A stretch of DNA of 64,000 bases from Trypanosoma brucei (lineage: Eukaryota), in the NCBI GenBank assembly GCA_000002445.1, contig AL929603.2, forward strand, positions 480,001 to 544,000. The letters run 5' to 3'. Below are positions 10,279-21,552 of the stretch, piece after piece. Position 1 is the stretch's first letter. Each line of letters opens with the position of its first letter. A program made the position numbers and the translations under genes. The notes beneath the pieces were generated by a model. That model was not told the DNA's origin, did no database searches, and saw only the letters and a list, made by a program, of their open reading frames with translations.

Positions 10279-12543
10279 TCGAGTAGTAGTAGCAGTAGTA
10301 GTTGCAGTGATGCTTCTCAAGAAGCGCAGCAGCAACAAAAAGAGCAGCGGACATCTCTCCAACGTTACTACGACACTTGGCTACATGTAGCCGACACATT
10401 GGCCAGTGGATGCGTCAATAGTACCCTTGAAAGTGGTTTAGCAATGGATCACATGGCCCACCCGGGACTCCCTCCAGAGTTGTGCCGCAAGGCGGATCGT
10501 GGACTCTTGAGTGACCAAATTATGTATGACGAGCACGGAAACAGAATGCGTAGTATGCGTCTCGCTCGCAAGATGGCGAAGGAGCGCGCAAAGCAAGAAA
10601 AGAGGCGTCGTGTGCTGGAGCGGCGTCGCGGTTATTTTGCACGTGACGAGGAGGAAAATAATATGACCGCGTTGAACGTGTTACTGTCTGACAACATTCG
10701 GGTAGACGACAAGGGCAATATGTGGAAGCATGACGTCGAAGACGACGTGACCAGTATTGCTATGATATATGGGCCGTGTGGAGTGGGGAAAACGGCCATT
10801 GTTTATCTAGCAGCGGCCGTGCTCGGTTATCGTGTGGTGGAAATGAATACTGCGGTGCGGCGATGCCCGAAAAATATTGACCGACTTTTATCGGAACTGA
10901 CACGCAGTCACAGACTCAGTGGTTTGGCGAGTTGCAAGCCGTTGATGTCAATTGAGGAGGAATTAAAAAAACTGAAGACGGAACAAGCGAACGAGGCCGA
11001 GTTAAGAAAATCAGCTGCCAAATCGACACCGGTGAAGAATAAAAAGGGAAATGCTATTTCTGCTAAAGCGGTGGCAGCTTTTTTCAAGAAAAATGTTCCG
11101 GAAAATGTGGTGGATGTCCACACAGAAGGGATTGTGGAAATTGCGGTATCGACTGAGAATGACAACCGTGCACGTGAAAAGGAAAAAGAGGCGGCAGCGA
11201 GTGCAGCCCAGCCGTCCACGACAACGCCAAACGCTACCTTGGATGAAACGACGCGCACCATATTATTGATTGAAGATGTAGACGTTATTCTCGGTGACGA
11301 GAGCATGCGGACTTTCTACACGGCGGTGAAGGATTTGGCTCAGCGCAGTAAAGTTCCGATCGTCCTCACAGCCTCTTCCCCCCCTTCCACCACCATAGGG
11401 GGTTCAACCGGGCGCCCTACAAAAGTGGTTGCGGCGGGTAACGACCCTGTCCAAATGATTCCCATGAGTGCAGTTCAAGCAGAGCAATACTTTGGGAGGC
11501 GGACACCATTCACGCGCATCGGCCCAATGTCACGTAGTGAACTGTTCGCACAGATGGTTGTTGTTGCTGCTGCGGAGCGCGGATTACTATCGCTGCGCGA
11601 GGACACGGTGCCTTGCCCGCCCAAGAAAAAGTCACGAAGGCGACGGAGGGGGAAAAGAAAGGCAAACTCTACCGAAGGAGAGACAAAGCCTAAGAAGGAG
11701 AAGCTGATCTCGTTCACAACGGTTGTTGTGAATGACGTGGCGATGTTTGAAAGCCTTGCTGATGCACTACGAGAGGAGGTTTACGGAAATGTCGAGGATA
11801 TCGAACAGTGCCACACATTGAATGACCAGACGGATGTTCGGAGGTGGCTTAATCGTCTGCAGTATCTGCTCTTGCGTGAGTTCTGGCCAATGAACTGCTC
11901 CACATTTACTGATGACATCACATCTCTCCCACTAACAATCATCGAGGGGCCACCAACGTCTAAGATACATCCAGATACAGACGACACTGAGGTTTCTAGG
12001 AGCGAATGGGATGCGCGGCTCGGCCGCATGTTACGCGAATCTCCCAACGCCGTCCGCTCTACAATTGCATCCTGCTGGGAATGGAACCATTTTCAATATA
12101 GTGAGGAGGCAGCCTCTGTAGCGATACATTCGACAACACCAGCGGTTACGCAGTTTTCCGCCCCGGGGCCAGGCGGTACCACAGGTGACGTTACAGATGA
12201 TGGGGGCGCGGATGTGCCCCCATGTGAAGCTCGTGGAAGCAACATTATTCTCAGCTCGCAATGTCCCTGTGGCGAATGCGACGCCTCCTTCATGCCCTCT
12301 GTTGATATGCGCGATCTCTTCGGTTTTCGAACACTGCTAAATGGTCTTCCTTCACCTGAGCACGCACGGAACTGCATCACGACTAACGATCGCATGAATG
12401 CCTTCGGCTCATGGTGGCGCCGCACAAAGAAAAAGGAAGCAGCGAAGCTTTTCGTGGCAGGTTGCAGTGAGAAATCGTACATGGACGTTATCGGGTTCAG
12501 CTGTCTGCTTCAGCAGTCTACTGTTGTTTTACATATAGATTAG
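9019..12543 (+). CDS. AAA+ / P-loop NTPase, RFC-large-subunit-like (Elg1/ATAD5/Ctf18-type clamp-loader-like) with long low-complexity N-terminal region
   Basis: 1174-aa ORF. Walker A is GPCGVGKTAIVYLAAAVLGYRVVEMN (compare GPPGxGKT of RFC1/ATAD5/Ctf18). Walker B is ILLIEDVDVILGDE. There are basic KRRR stretches and an internal run of about 37 Ser. Confidence 0.85.
10190..10306 (+). repeat. (AGC/AGT)n trinucleotide microsatellite encoding a ~37-residue poly-Ser tract inside the 9019..12543 CDS
   Basis: agcagcagtagcagctcgagcagtagtagttctagcagcagcagcagc... The other frames give poly-Ala and poly-Gln ORFs (10081..10362 -, 10172..10390 +), which are frame artefacts. Confidence 0.9.
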
Positions 12544-13785
12544 ATTAGGTGTCACATTTGCGTACTCGTTTGTTTGTTGCGTCGAATATTACTACTATTA
12601 TTAATATAACTTTCGCTTATCGCTATTTGCTGTGCTGTTGTATCATTCGCGTGTATGTTGTCCTCTCAGGGTACCTTTCATTCGGTTCCCTCTCTCCACA
12701 CACACATTTCTTTCCATTCGTTCACACATGCGGACCCTTTATTATCCGATAACAAAAAAATGGGCGCAGCCTGATGCTAATCTTTAAGAAAATCTTCAAA
12801 ACCGTTTAAAAGCAGGGGGAAGAAAAGAGGGAGATATGCGGGAACATAAAATAGTGTTCTTGTTACTTCACAACCGACGCCTGTTTGCCGCTTAGGCGCT
12901 GAGACAATGAGAACAACAACAACAACAATATGGACAATGAGAAAAGAAGCGGATAGAAGGGTGAAATGAAACAAAACGGAAACAAAGGGTGCCGTAAGTT
13001 GAAGGGCGAAACGGTGCCGACCAGGGGCTGACGAAGGACGTGGGAACGAAAAAAAATAAGGCAGTTATGACAACACATAGGAGAAGCAACAGCAACCCTC
13101 CTTTGTTTGTTTTATATTGGTACGAGTGGAAGTATACAGATAAGTAGACGCAATATACACTAGATACAATTTCTATCCTTTCCACTTCACCTTCCTTTGC
13201 CATTCAATACATTACAGAAACTGGTGAACAGGATTTCGCCCCTTCCCTTGTTTTCAACTCTGCTTGCCTGTTGTCCCTCGTATTCCGGAAACTTTTTTCT
13301 CGCACCACTTCGTTTTATTTTGTTTTTCGTATTTTTTCCTCTGAAAACTCTCCACTGCGTCACGCTATTAGCTCTGTTTTTCACGTACACACACGTAACA
13401 GCCCCTTCTACTCTCCTTGTTGCTTTTTTTTTCATTTTATATGTCGATCTCTTACTTCGGTAACGGGAGGTCGCATCCTTTGTCGGTCACGGGCGTGCGG
13501 AACGATACAAACGAAAACAAAGAAAAAAGGCATAACCGCAACACGATTGCGCGTCCATCAACCCCTTGTACGGCGGTGGTGATCGTCAGCATTTGTGTGT
13601 GGTGGAATAGCTGTGAACAAAAAGGAAAAGGTAGTTGTGACTACGGCAGTGTAAACCACATCGTTAACCATTTCAATTTGTCACGTACGTTAGCCTCAGT
13701 TCCCCCCCCCCCTAAGTCAGGATTTATTCCACACGCACCCTGAAAGGGAAAGGAGACCCCCCTTTCCTATACGTATCGCCCCCGA

Positions 13786-16700
13786 GTGAAAGTAACCTTT
13801 ATGTTACCATCCTCTCAGGACCAACTACCGAGTGAGAAAACGAGTAGAACAACGGCGGATGCGGTGCGACGAGTGGCCGCTTATCCCATAGACTTCAACA
13901 CGGCGCAAAGCAGCACCATAACACATCAACAACAACAGCAGCTTAAAAGCTGTGCCGGTATTGATTTGAACCTCCATCCGTTATGCCAACAGCATTTTTA
14001 CACAGGAGAAATGATGCGCGGAGGGGAAGGGAGTAGAGGCGCTCTGATCCCCCACGGGAAGGGGACTTTACTGTGGGTGTTGTATGCTACAGCCCCAGAT
14101 ATTTCCTTCACGGATCCCTCAGGGTCCGTGGGATTACCATACGAATTGCTAGTCCGTGAGTTCGGGGAGGTGAACACACTGCGTGATGCTGTGCTGCTTG
14201 CCCTTTGCGTGTACTCGGGTTCATTCAACTCTGGCAAGAAATGGGGCGGTGGTAGCCTCACCATCTACCCCCAGTGCGTGAAGTTAGACTGCTGTTGGGA
14301 GGATGGCAAACCCATGTTGAAAAGAAACTACTGTGTGCTGTATTACCCGGCCTCGTCACAGGCAGCGTCGTGCGGCGATAGTGCTGGGAGTAACTCCGGT
14401 AGGAGCGGTGGCAGTTCCGATTCTACTGCCAGTTTGGGAACACTACTGAGAAGCGGGCTGACACGCGCTGGGAAAGCGGCAACTGCATCGACGGCTAATC
14501 ATCAGTATATTGGTATGCTTACCATGACGACTGTTGCCGGGAAGGCACAATGCTCCCTCACAGCGGGGCTGGCTTGGTCGCAACACGTGCAGTTTATGCC
14601 GGATGGTATAGGAGAGATGTGTTACCAGGGAGGCGTACGCTACTGTGGTGAGTGGAAGTCTGGCAGACAGCATGGTTTTGGCGTGGAATTTGACCCAAAC
14701 GGCTTTGGGAGTATGGTATACATTGGTAGATTTGAAAACAACCGTCGGTGTGGTACGGGTACCTTGTACAATTGCAAAGCAGGAGTGGTAGTTAGTGGTA
14801 CGTGGAGTGAAGGAAAGTTGTGTAGTGCAGTAGATGTAGGACTACCAAGTTGGCCCTTCGTGCTTCGCAACGCCCAGTGGACGAACGTTGATGAATGGTC
14901 GTTCGAAAAGGCTTCCCTAGTGCACTCGGATACTTCACTGAATGGTACATGGGAACCTTTGTTCTCAGACTTTGATAGCGCACTCACGGACCCCGCAGAT
15001 CTTGAAAAGGAAGAAATGTTGTTGCAGAAAGGTACCAACGGGGGTAGAGACTCAGATGCTGATGGTGGCGCCGACGAATGGGAACGGTCTAGTGTCATCA
15101 TGCTGCTTCGATCTTTCCTGCAGCGAACGGAACTCAAGGCGACTCTCATGCTCTTCCAGCGCTGCTTTTATTTCTTGTACAAACCGTGTGCGGGGGGAGC
15201 GCGGTGGCTTGATGCAGAGATGTTGACACCCCTGAGGAAGTCGAAACAGCAGCAGAATGATGGCGAGCCGGCAACAGTGGGGTCTTCTGGAGCCTCCCTT
15301 CCAGTGTTCGCAAAGCTCCGTGATCTTGGTCGGACTGACTGTGGAATTTCATTTTTCTCAGACCGTGGGCGCCACTGGTGCGCCCCGTCGTGGTGTAACG
15401 AGATGGGTTTAGGTAGTGGAGGGGGGAATAGTACAGGTGGGGATGGTTACGTTGGTTATGGTTGCTTTCACACGGCAAGCACTGCAGAGGGTCTCGCGGC
15501 ACGTCTGCCTCCTGAGGCACTCTTCAAATGGGCTGCTCGTGACCTTGCTTTCGTTGTGTCATCGGTTAGATTGCGTTTGCTGTCGTGTATTGCTTCACAT
15601 CCGGCAGCGGGTAGCCTGGTGGGGAGCAGGCACGTCCTCGCAGTTTGTTGGGATACAGTGTACTCTTTAGTGGCACCGGTCATGCATGATCTTGCGAGTG
15701 CCGTGGAAATAAAAGCGTACTTGGAAACTTCTATGGCATTAAAGCGATGCATAAACCTCTGTCCTTCAGGTTTTGTTTGCTCCACTCACTTGTCAGAAGC
15801 TAGCTCTGCAGCGGTGAGCAATGATGAAATCCAAGGAGTGATAAGGCGATGTGGTTTCGTCTTCTCCTCACCCTCCCGTCACTGGCGCCGTCGTGCAACG
15901 GAAACAAATAACGGTAAACTTCTGCAGTTCGGACCGTATGTTAGTAACGAAATAGATTGTACTAGTGAGGAAGCTGTAACTTATGCGACACCATCTACTC
16001 TGCTCGCCGCTTTCGCCACTCTCCGTTGCTATGCCGATCGTCTTTTCCCACGGAATGAACTTCTGCGAGAACGATGGATGAGTGGTAGCATTGCCAACGC
16101 CTTCACGAAGGCCGCGGAAGTGCATCCGCAACTGGCGATGAGTCCTCCTGCCGTACTTCGCGTGCTGGCCACCCTCGCTACAGAGGTCAACCCAGCTTAT
16201 CCCTTCGCCATGGAAGACGTACTCGGCATAGATGAGCAGCGGGGCGTGACGCTCAGTTCAACTCGCATCGATAGTGGCGACAGAGATGCGAGTATAACGG
16301 ATGTGATGTCATTACTTCTAGCTGCGCACGAAAGCGCTGTACGTTTGCGGCATGCTTACCCTAATATTCGTCATGTGGTGAGTTATGTGGTTTCCTCTGG
16401 ATCAGGAACGCACAATGCACACAGATTCGATGCCGTTTACCCTCTTGATGAATTAGCTGTCCGTACCCGTTTTGTGCTTCTTGGGGTTGCCGCTGAAGTT
16501 GTCCAGCAGCAGCACATGTGGTTCGGGCGTTTGGTTAGTAGGGATAACGTCAGGAGTGGTAACGGGGAATGCAACAATAGTTACCTATACTGTTCTGATG
16601 AGGATGTGGCTCATCCCCAAGTGATGAGTAATGATGCCTCCGGTGATGAGCTGGCCCAAATGAAGGAGCGCGCTGAGCGTGTTTTACGGCTGCCTGTGTG

Positions 16701-17577
16701 GGTGATGCAAGAGCAAATTAGTAAGCGGTGTGCAGATCAGCACACGCCAGTGGGAAAAGGTGAGAGAAAGCTGCAAACGCAAACTCCGTCAACGGAGGTA
16801 TTGCGGTGGGTAATGAAGTGCGTTGGATCCATATTAGAACTACCGAATGTTTCCAAAGTACAGGGCCAGTCGACGCAGCAGGCGAAAGCATCAAGACAGC
16901 GGTCGCTCGACTCTTCGGTAAGGGTAACACAAGACCTTTGGCAAGCGGACCCGGTTCTGGCTGTTAGCAGTGAGTGTAACGACGAAGATTGTGGTCGTAG
17001 GGAATCCCTAAGTGACAGTGGTCTGCTGGGTCAGTCGTTTAAGTGGAAGCATTTCCTTCCCAGTATTCCTCCTTTCACTGTTGCTGCTGCTGACGCCCGC
17101 AGGCACACCGTAGCTGTCGAACTCGCCGCAACACAGTTTATCACGGGAACGCAACCAGACGCGCTGCTAACAAGTGGTGAAATTCTCAATTTTGCACTGA
17201 TTCAAAAACTTTTGGCAGACGTAGGTGTTACTGCGAAACTTTGCATGCGCTTCTGTTACGACAACGAGGAGGACTCCCTCTTCAGTCCGCAGTTAGGTGC
17301 TACTCGTGGTAACGGTGAGGACTTAACTCTTTCGTTCAATTCGTTAAATGCTGCCGCCAACGAGGAGGAAAGCGACACTCCGGCCTCCGTGAGTTGCGTG
17401 GGGCGTGAAGCAGAATTTACACTTCATATGGGGTCGGACTTTATCGGATCGTTGTGTTGGGATGTTTTGGCGGATGCGTGGATGGCGGCTTTGACGTCCC
17501 TGCGTACTGAAACAATGGATGTCCAAAGGCTAGCAAAATTGACAGTTGTTCGTCAATCTGATACCGGAGATGTTTGA
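13786..17577 (+). CDS. MORN-repeat-containing large hypothetical protein
   Basis: 1263-aa ORF. It carries MORN-type repeats, YQGGVRYCGEWKSGRQHGFGVEFDPNGFGSMVYIGRFENNRRCGTGTLY...GTWSEGKL (Y-x-G-x-W-x-x-G-x-x-H-G-x-G pattern). The rest has no recognisable domain. Confidence 0.85.
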   Translation: MKVTFMLPSSQDQLPSEKTSRTTADAVRRVAAYPIDFNTAQSSTITHQQQQQLKSCAGIDLNLHPLCQQHFYTGEMMRGGEGSRGALIPHGKGTLLWVLYATAPDISFTDPSGSVGLPYELLVREFGEVNTLRDAVLLALCVYSGSFNSGKKWGGGSLTIYPQCVKLDCCWEDGKPMLKRNYCVLYYPASSQAASCGDSAGSNSGRSGGSSDSTASLGTLLRSGLTRAGKAATASTANHQYIGMLTMTTVAGKAQCSLTAGLAWSQHVQFMPDGIGEMCYQGGVRYCGEWKSGRQHGFGVEFDPNGFGSMVYIGRFENNRRCGTGTLYNCKAGVVVSGTWSEGKLCSAVDVGLPSWPFVLRNAQWTNVDEWSFEKASLVHSDTSLNGTWEPLFSDFDSALTDPADLEKEEMLLQKGTNGGRDSDADGGADEWERSSVIMLLRSFLQRTELKATLMLFQRCFYFLYKPCAGGARWLDAEMLTPLRKSKQQQNDGEPATVGSSGASLPVFAKLRDLGRTDCGISFFSDRGRHWCAPSWCNEMGLGSGGGNSTGGDGYVGYGCFHTASTAEGLAARLPPEALFKWAARDLAFVVSSVRLRLLSCIASHPAAGSLVGSRHVLAVCWDTVYSLVAPVMHDLASAVEIKAYLETSMALKRCINLCPSGFVCSTHLSEASSAAVSNDEIQGVIRRCGFVFSSPSRHWRRRATETNNGKLLQFGPYVSNEIDCTSEEAVTYATPSTLLAAFATLRCYADRLFPRNELLRERWMSGSIANAFTKAAEVHPQLAMSPPAVLRVLATLATEVNPAYPFAMEDVLGIDEQRGVTLSSTRIDSGDRDASITDVMSLLLAAHESAVRLRHAYPNIRHVVSYVVSSGSGTHNAHRFDAVYPLDELAVRTRFVLLGVAAEVVQQQHMWFGRLVSRDNVRSGNGECNNSYLYCSDEDVAHPQVMSNDASGDELAQMKERAERVLRLPVWVMQEQISKRCADQHTPVGKGERKLQTQTPSTEVLRWVMKCVGSILELPNVSKVQGQSTQQAKASRQRSLDSSVRVTQDLWQADPVLAVSSECNDEDCGRRESLSDSGLLGQSFKWKHFLPSIPPFTVAAADARRHTVAVELAATQFITGTQPDALLTSGEILNFALIQKLLADVGVTAKLCMRFCYDNEEDSLFSPQLGATRGNGEDLTLSFNSLNAAANEEESDTPASVSCVGREAEFTLHMGSDFIGSLCWDVLADAWMAALTSLRTETMDVQRLAKLTVVRQSDTGDV

Positions 17578-18193
17578 TGTCAGGTGCTGCAGTTTGCTGA
17601 TGAGCGGAGCTCTACGACTTCATTAATATGTCATCTCTTCTTTTTTATTGTTGGTGTGTTTCTTTTTTTTTTTTTCGGTGGAACTACCGATGGCCCTAGT
17701 TGGCGATGCAGTCCCCACCAACACCACAACGGTGTTATGTACGAATATATCAATATGTGTGTTCGTATATGCATATATACTTGCTTTACGTCTAGCGACT
17801 GGAGGAAGAAGTTAGCTGCCTCTCGTGTTACGCAGGGAAAGCTAATGCTTGACGTGGAAAAAAAAAGGGAAAAGAAAGGAGCGGAAAAAAGTGTATGAAT
17901 TAAATGAGAAAGACATGGCTCCACGTAAGTGGCCTCTTTCGTGCTGTGTCAGTACTACTGCACATCTTACTGTGTGTGTGTGTGTGCATCTGCACTAGTC
18001 CTGTATCATGCAGCAGAAGGTTAATGGTGTTTGGATTTACGTGTAAATTAACAATTTTTACCGTCTTTTCTCTCCTCTCCTCCCTCTTCTCTCGAAGCTG
18101 CTGGTCGTCCTTACATTTGACCACAACTACAAAAATACATTCAAGAAAATTTCCCTTACTCTGTTCCAAGTAAGAAAGGAGGGAAAAAAGGCG

Positions 18194-19519
18194 ATGAAGG
18201 GATGTACGCTCCAGAATAACTTCAATCATACAGCACCATTTTGCGGTGAATGGAACAGCACGATACTGAGTGGCTCACTGCCACCCAACAGTGGCGGCAG
18301 TAGCTGCGTTATTAACCTCATAAAGGACGAAGTTCACACTGTTAACGGTAACACACCGCGTGGCATCACCATCACCAGTGACACCACAAAAGATGGCGTT
18401 TTTTGTACGATGGATGCCAACGGCTGTCCATTTGCAGTTGATCGGGAAATAGAGAGAGGTGTAAATAGAATGAAGGCAATCACGAAACACGGAACATGCC
18501 ACATGGCGTATGCAACCAGCGGCGGTCGGACGTGTGACGACTCATACGACCGCAGCACACGGAATTATCACGATGAGGAAGATGAGGAATGGTACGAAGA
18601 GGATGAAGAGGAAGGGGAGGACTCACCTCGCATTCACATCATCGATGAGCACCGTGACGGGCGGCTGTTGGGTAATATATTATGTGGCATGTCTAGAGCG
18701 GGGGAGCGGATATCACAAGGGTTAGATATGTTATCGCCACTAGAAAAACGAAAATCCGGTAGGTGCGCGGCTATAGAATCCGTAGACTATAATAATACGC
18801 GGAGACGCGGCGGTGGTGGTGCAGAAACCCAGAAGGGGTTGTTTCAGAACTATTACAATACGGGAAGGGGAAGGTGGGCAAGTAGAAACCATTGCCGCAC
18901 CAACGGTTGGGATGAGTCCGTTTCCGTGGAGTCTTGTTTCTCCCACACATATAACCAGCAGTGGAGGGGCCGCGAGCCGGACTACGCCATGATGGAAGCC
19001 CATGCGGCTCTGGACGGTCGTTCGTTTTGTGAGGGCACTTATCTATCAAGTACAAAGCTATCGGAAAGAAAAAAAAGAGTTGCCTTATCAGGGTCCCGTG
19101 TTTGCCGGGATGCTGGAAAGGTAATTGTGCAAGACAACTGCCCATATGACCACAAAAAACGGCACAAGGGAAGACGCCAGTGTCAGTCGCCTTTCGGTGA
19201 AGAGAAAATAAGGGCGAATGATCCCTTTGATTCACCTAAAAATGCGATCACCCACATAAAGAAGGCAGGAAGTGCTGGTAGTGATGACAACGACAGCTGC
19301 AACCCGCATAGCAAAAGCCCGGGTTTAACTGGAAGTGGAAGCAGGTGCAGCCAAAAGGAAACAGCGGGAAGGAGCGCAGAGCAGAGGAATGGAAGTGGTA
19401 AGGCGGCCTCACCCAAAACAAGTCCACATAAAGACGAACTGAAGGAGAAGGAAAGTACTGTCGTCAAGAAGGAAAAAGTCTCGTGTGGTTGTTTCGGTGG
19501 ATCGCGTGAAAAGCGTTAG
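18194..19519 (+). CDS. hypothetical protein with acidic D/E tract and Lys/Ser-rich C-terminus
   Basis: 441-aa ORF co-directional with its neighbours. It has an acidic stretch HDEEDEEWYEEDEEEGED and no recognised domain. Confidence 0.5.
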   Translation: MKGCTLQNNFNHTAPFCGEWNSTILSGSLPPNSGGSSCVINLIKDEVHTVNGNTPRGITITSDTTKDGVFCTMDANGCPFAVDREIERGVNRMKAITKHGTCHMAYATSGGRTCDDSYDRSTRNYHDEEDEEWYEEDEEEGEDSPRIHIIDEHRDGRLLGNILCGMSRAGERISQGLDMLSPLEKRKSGRCAAIESVDYNNTRRRGGGGAETQKGLFQNYYNTGRGRWASRNHCRTNGWDESVSVESCFSHTYNQQWRGREPDYAMMEAHAALDGRSFCEGTYLSSTKLSERKKRVALSGSRVCRDAGKVIVQDNCPYDHKKRHKGRRQCQSPFGEEKIRANDPFDSPKNAITHIKKAGSAGSDDNDSCNPHSKSPGLTGSGSRCSQKETAGRSAEQRNGSGKAASPKTSPHKDELKEKESTVVKKEKVSCGCFGGSREKR

Positions 19520-20705
19520 ATATGAGTCGAACTCGCCTTTGGCTCACATACGTCATTGTTCAAGCACACAAGTTTTACGAACTCATGGGGCAGGGAGGGG
19601 GACGGTACCGGTAGCGGTGGCTCCCCTATATACAACATTGTGATACGCGTATGCAGCTACGAAATATTGTGGGTAAGAGCATATAAGCAGGTGTATATGT
19701 GTATGTATTTTGTAGGGTTATAGATTTTTTTCTCGTATATTGTTTTGGGTAACTGTGACGGACATGGGGGGGGGGGTTTACATTATCAGGGAATCGAATG
19801 GAAGCAATACCATTCTCCGCCGTAGTGTCCACTAGCGTTTCCCAATTTCCCTGACAGCGTTAGCGAAGCTGGCCTCAAATAGAAAAAAACGGTATGAAAC
19901 CGTAAGCAAGTTGGTGTATACATGTACACTCCTCTACATGAATATAAGTGATCATATGGTAAGGATCGTTTCACTACAGCCACTCCTTTTCTTTGCTACC
20001 GTCACTATCATTAACATTGTTGTGAAAAAAAAACTCTAGAGAAGAGCATGGGAGAAAGTATTCACCGATTGTTTTTTGTTTTATTTATTTCTGTGTCGGC
20101 TTCATCGTCTCAAAATATTCATATGCGAAGTTATTGGTAGTAGTTTTGTTGCGGAAGCACCACAAACGAATGGCGTGCACACCTCAGATTATTAATAAAA
20201 GAGTTAAATCATCCCTTCTAGACACTGTTTTGTGTCTTCTACCTTCCTTGCAACCTACTTACTTCCTTTCTTTTTTTTTGTCGTGCACACGCACAGAAGA
20301 ACACATGCACTTGTGGGATTTCCTGCTCTTTTCTCATTCTTTCACTATTCATTCCCTGAAAGCTTACTGGCTTCTAAATGTGGTTGCCAAGTAGGGAAAT
20401 AGCACTGGAAAGGACAAGGGAAAGTGTGGTGGGAAGGAAAGGGAAGTGAAGTGAAGTGATGAAGTTGGACCCAAAAGATGTCTCATTCCTTCTTTAAATA
20501 TATCCCCTCTGTTTTCACCTCCTCCTTTGGGAGTTGATTTATCACTATTTTACCTCCTTGCGTGGATGAGCGCATGCTTTTGTGCTTCATTGTTAACTTC
20601 TTATGACCGTGCGCTATTGTGTGCGCATTCAAGTGAGAGGCGCCTTAACGGCTATCATTTACATCCATACATCCGTCACGTGCTTCGTGTTGTATGTGCC
20701 CGCGT

Positions 20706-20880
20706 TCTTGTGGTGATGTAATTCCTTTTTTGTTTTTTTCTTCCTTCGCCTCCCTCTCCCACTTGCCTCGCATATAAAATTGTCATTTTCTTCTGCCCTC
20801 CTCCTCGTTACTGAAGTTTCTCCACCTGTTTCACACTACCATTTTCGCTCCCGCTCCCCTTCTCGACATTTCTTTATAGG
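20706..20880 (+). promoter_or_regulatory. long polypyrimidine tract about 0.7 kb upstream of the TOR-family ORF (candidate splice-acceptor region; implies a long 5' UTR)
   Basis: ttccttttttgtttttttcttccttcgcctccctctcccacttgcctcg...ctcccgctccccttctcgacatttcttta. The DNA between this tract and the 21553 ATG is A/C-rich rather than pyrimidine-rich. Confidence 0.4.
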
Positions 20881-20893
20881 CTCTGTGGGTAGG

Positions 20894-20917
20894 ATATATA
20901 TATATATATATATATAC
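20894..20917. repeat. (TA)n microsatellite
   Basis: atatatatatatatatatatatat in intergenic DNA. Confidence 0.9.
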
Positions 20918-21552
20918 AATTGCACACAGAGCAATATTCGGGAGGATTAGCAACGAAAGAAGAAAGGGAGGTGTAAAGGCACAAAAAGTGGCAAAATATC
21001 ATCCCGACGGGAGTGCCAGAAAGTTTTACAAACGAGGACGTGAATTCCTTTCGAGGAAAGGACAAGGAAAGAAGACTGATACGCAGTGAAGTGAAGAAGT
21101 GAAAGCAAGTGATTGCACAACCAAACAAACCAAAAGGAAGTTCGTACGCAAGAAGTCACGGAAGCGGAAAAAGTGGAGGAGTACAGCACGGAGAAAGAAA
21201 GGAAGAAGAGGATAGGCACCTTGTGGTGTTGGCCCCGCTCAACGGTGTTCCGCGGGTAGTTATACGTTTCGAGGAGGAAAGCAGCTTTGTGCTCCCCCTC
21301 TGAAAACCACACACCATCTCATACACATACACACATAAAGCAGTGTACGCTTTTCTTAACATATACCACACGAGGCGAGAGTGTAGTAGCCGGTACCCAG
21401 CACGGCATTAGGCGCGGGAAGGAAAAGCAAAGGGGAGAGAAAGTATATTTATTTATATAGTTGTACGGAAAGAAGAGAAAAGTTGCAAGGTGTTCAGCGG
21501 ATTACACGAATTTGTAATCTCCCTGCCTCGCAGCGGTAGGTAGGGGGTTTCA

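Noticed and set aside
10081-10390. Poly-Ala / poly-Thr ORFs (10081..10362 -, 10172..10390 +) inside the AAA+ gene
   Set aside because: They are frame-shifted or antisense readings of the (AGC/AGT)n serine microsatellite.
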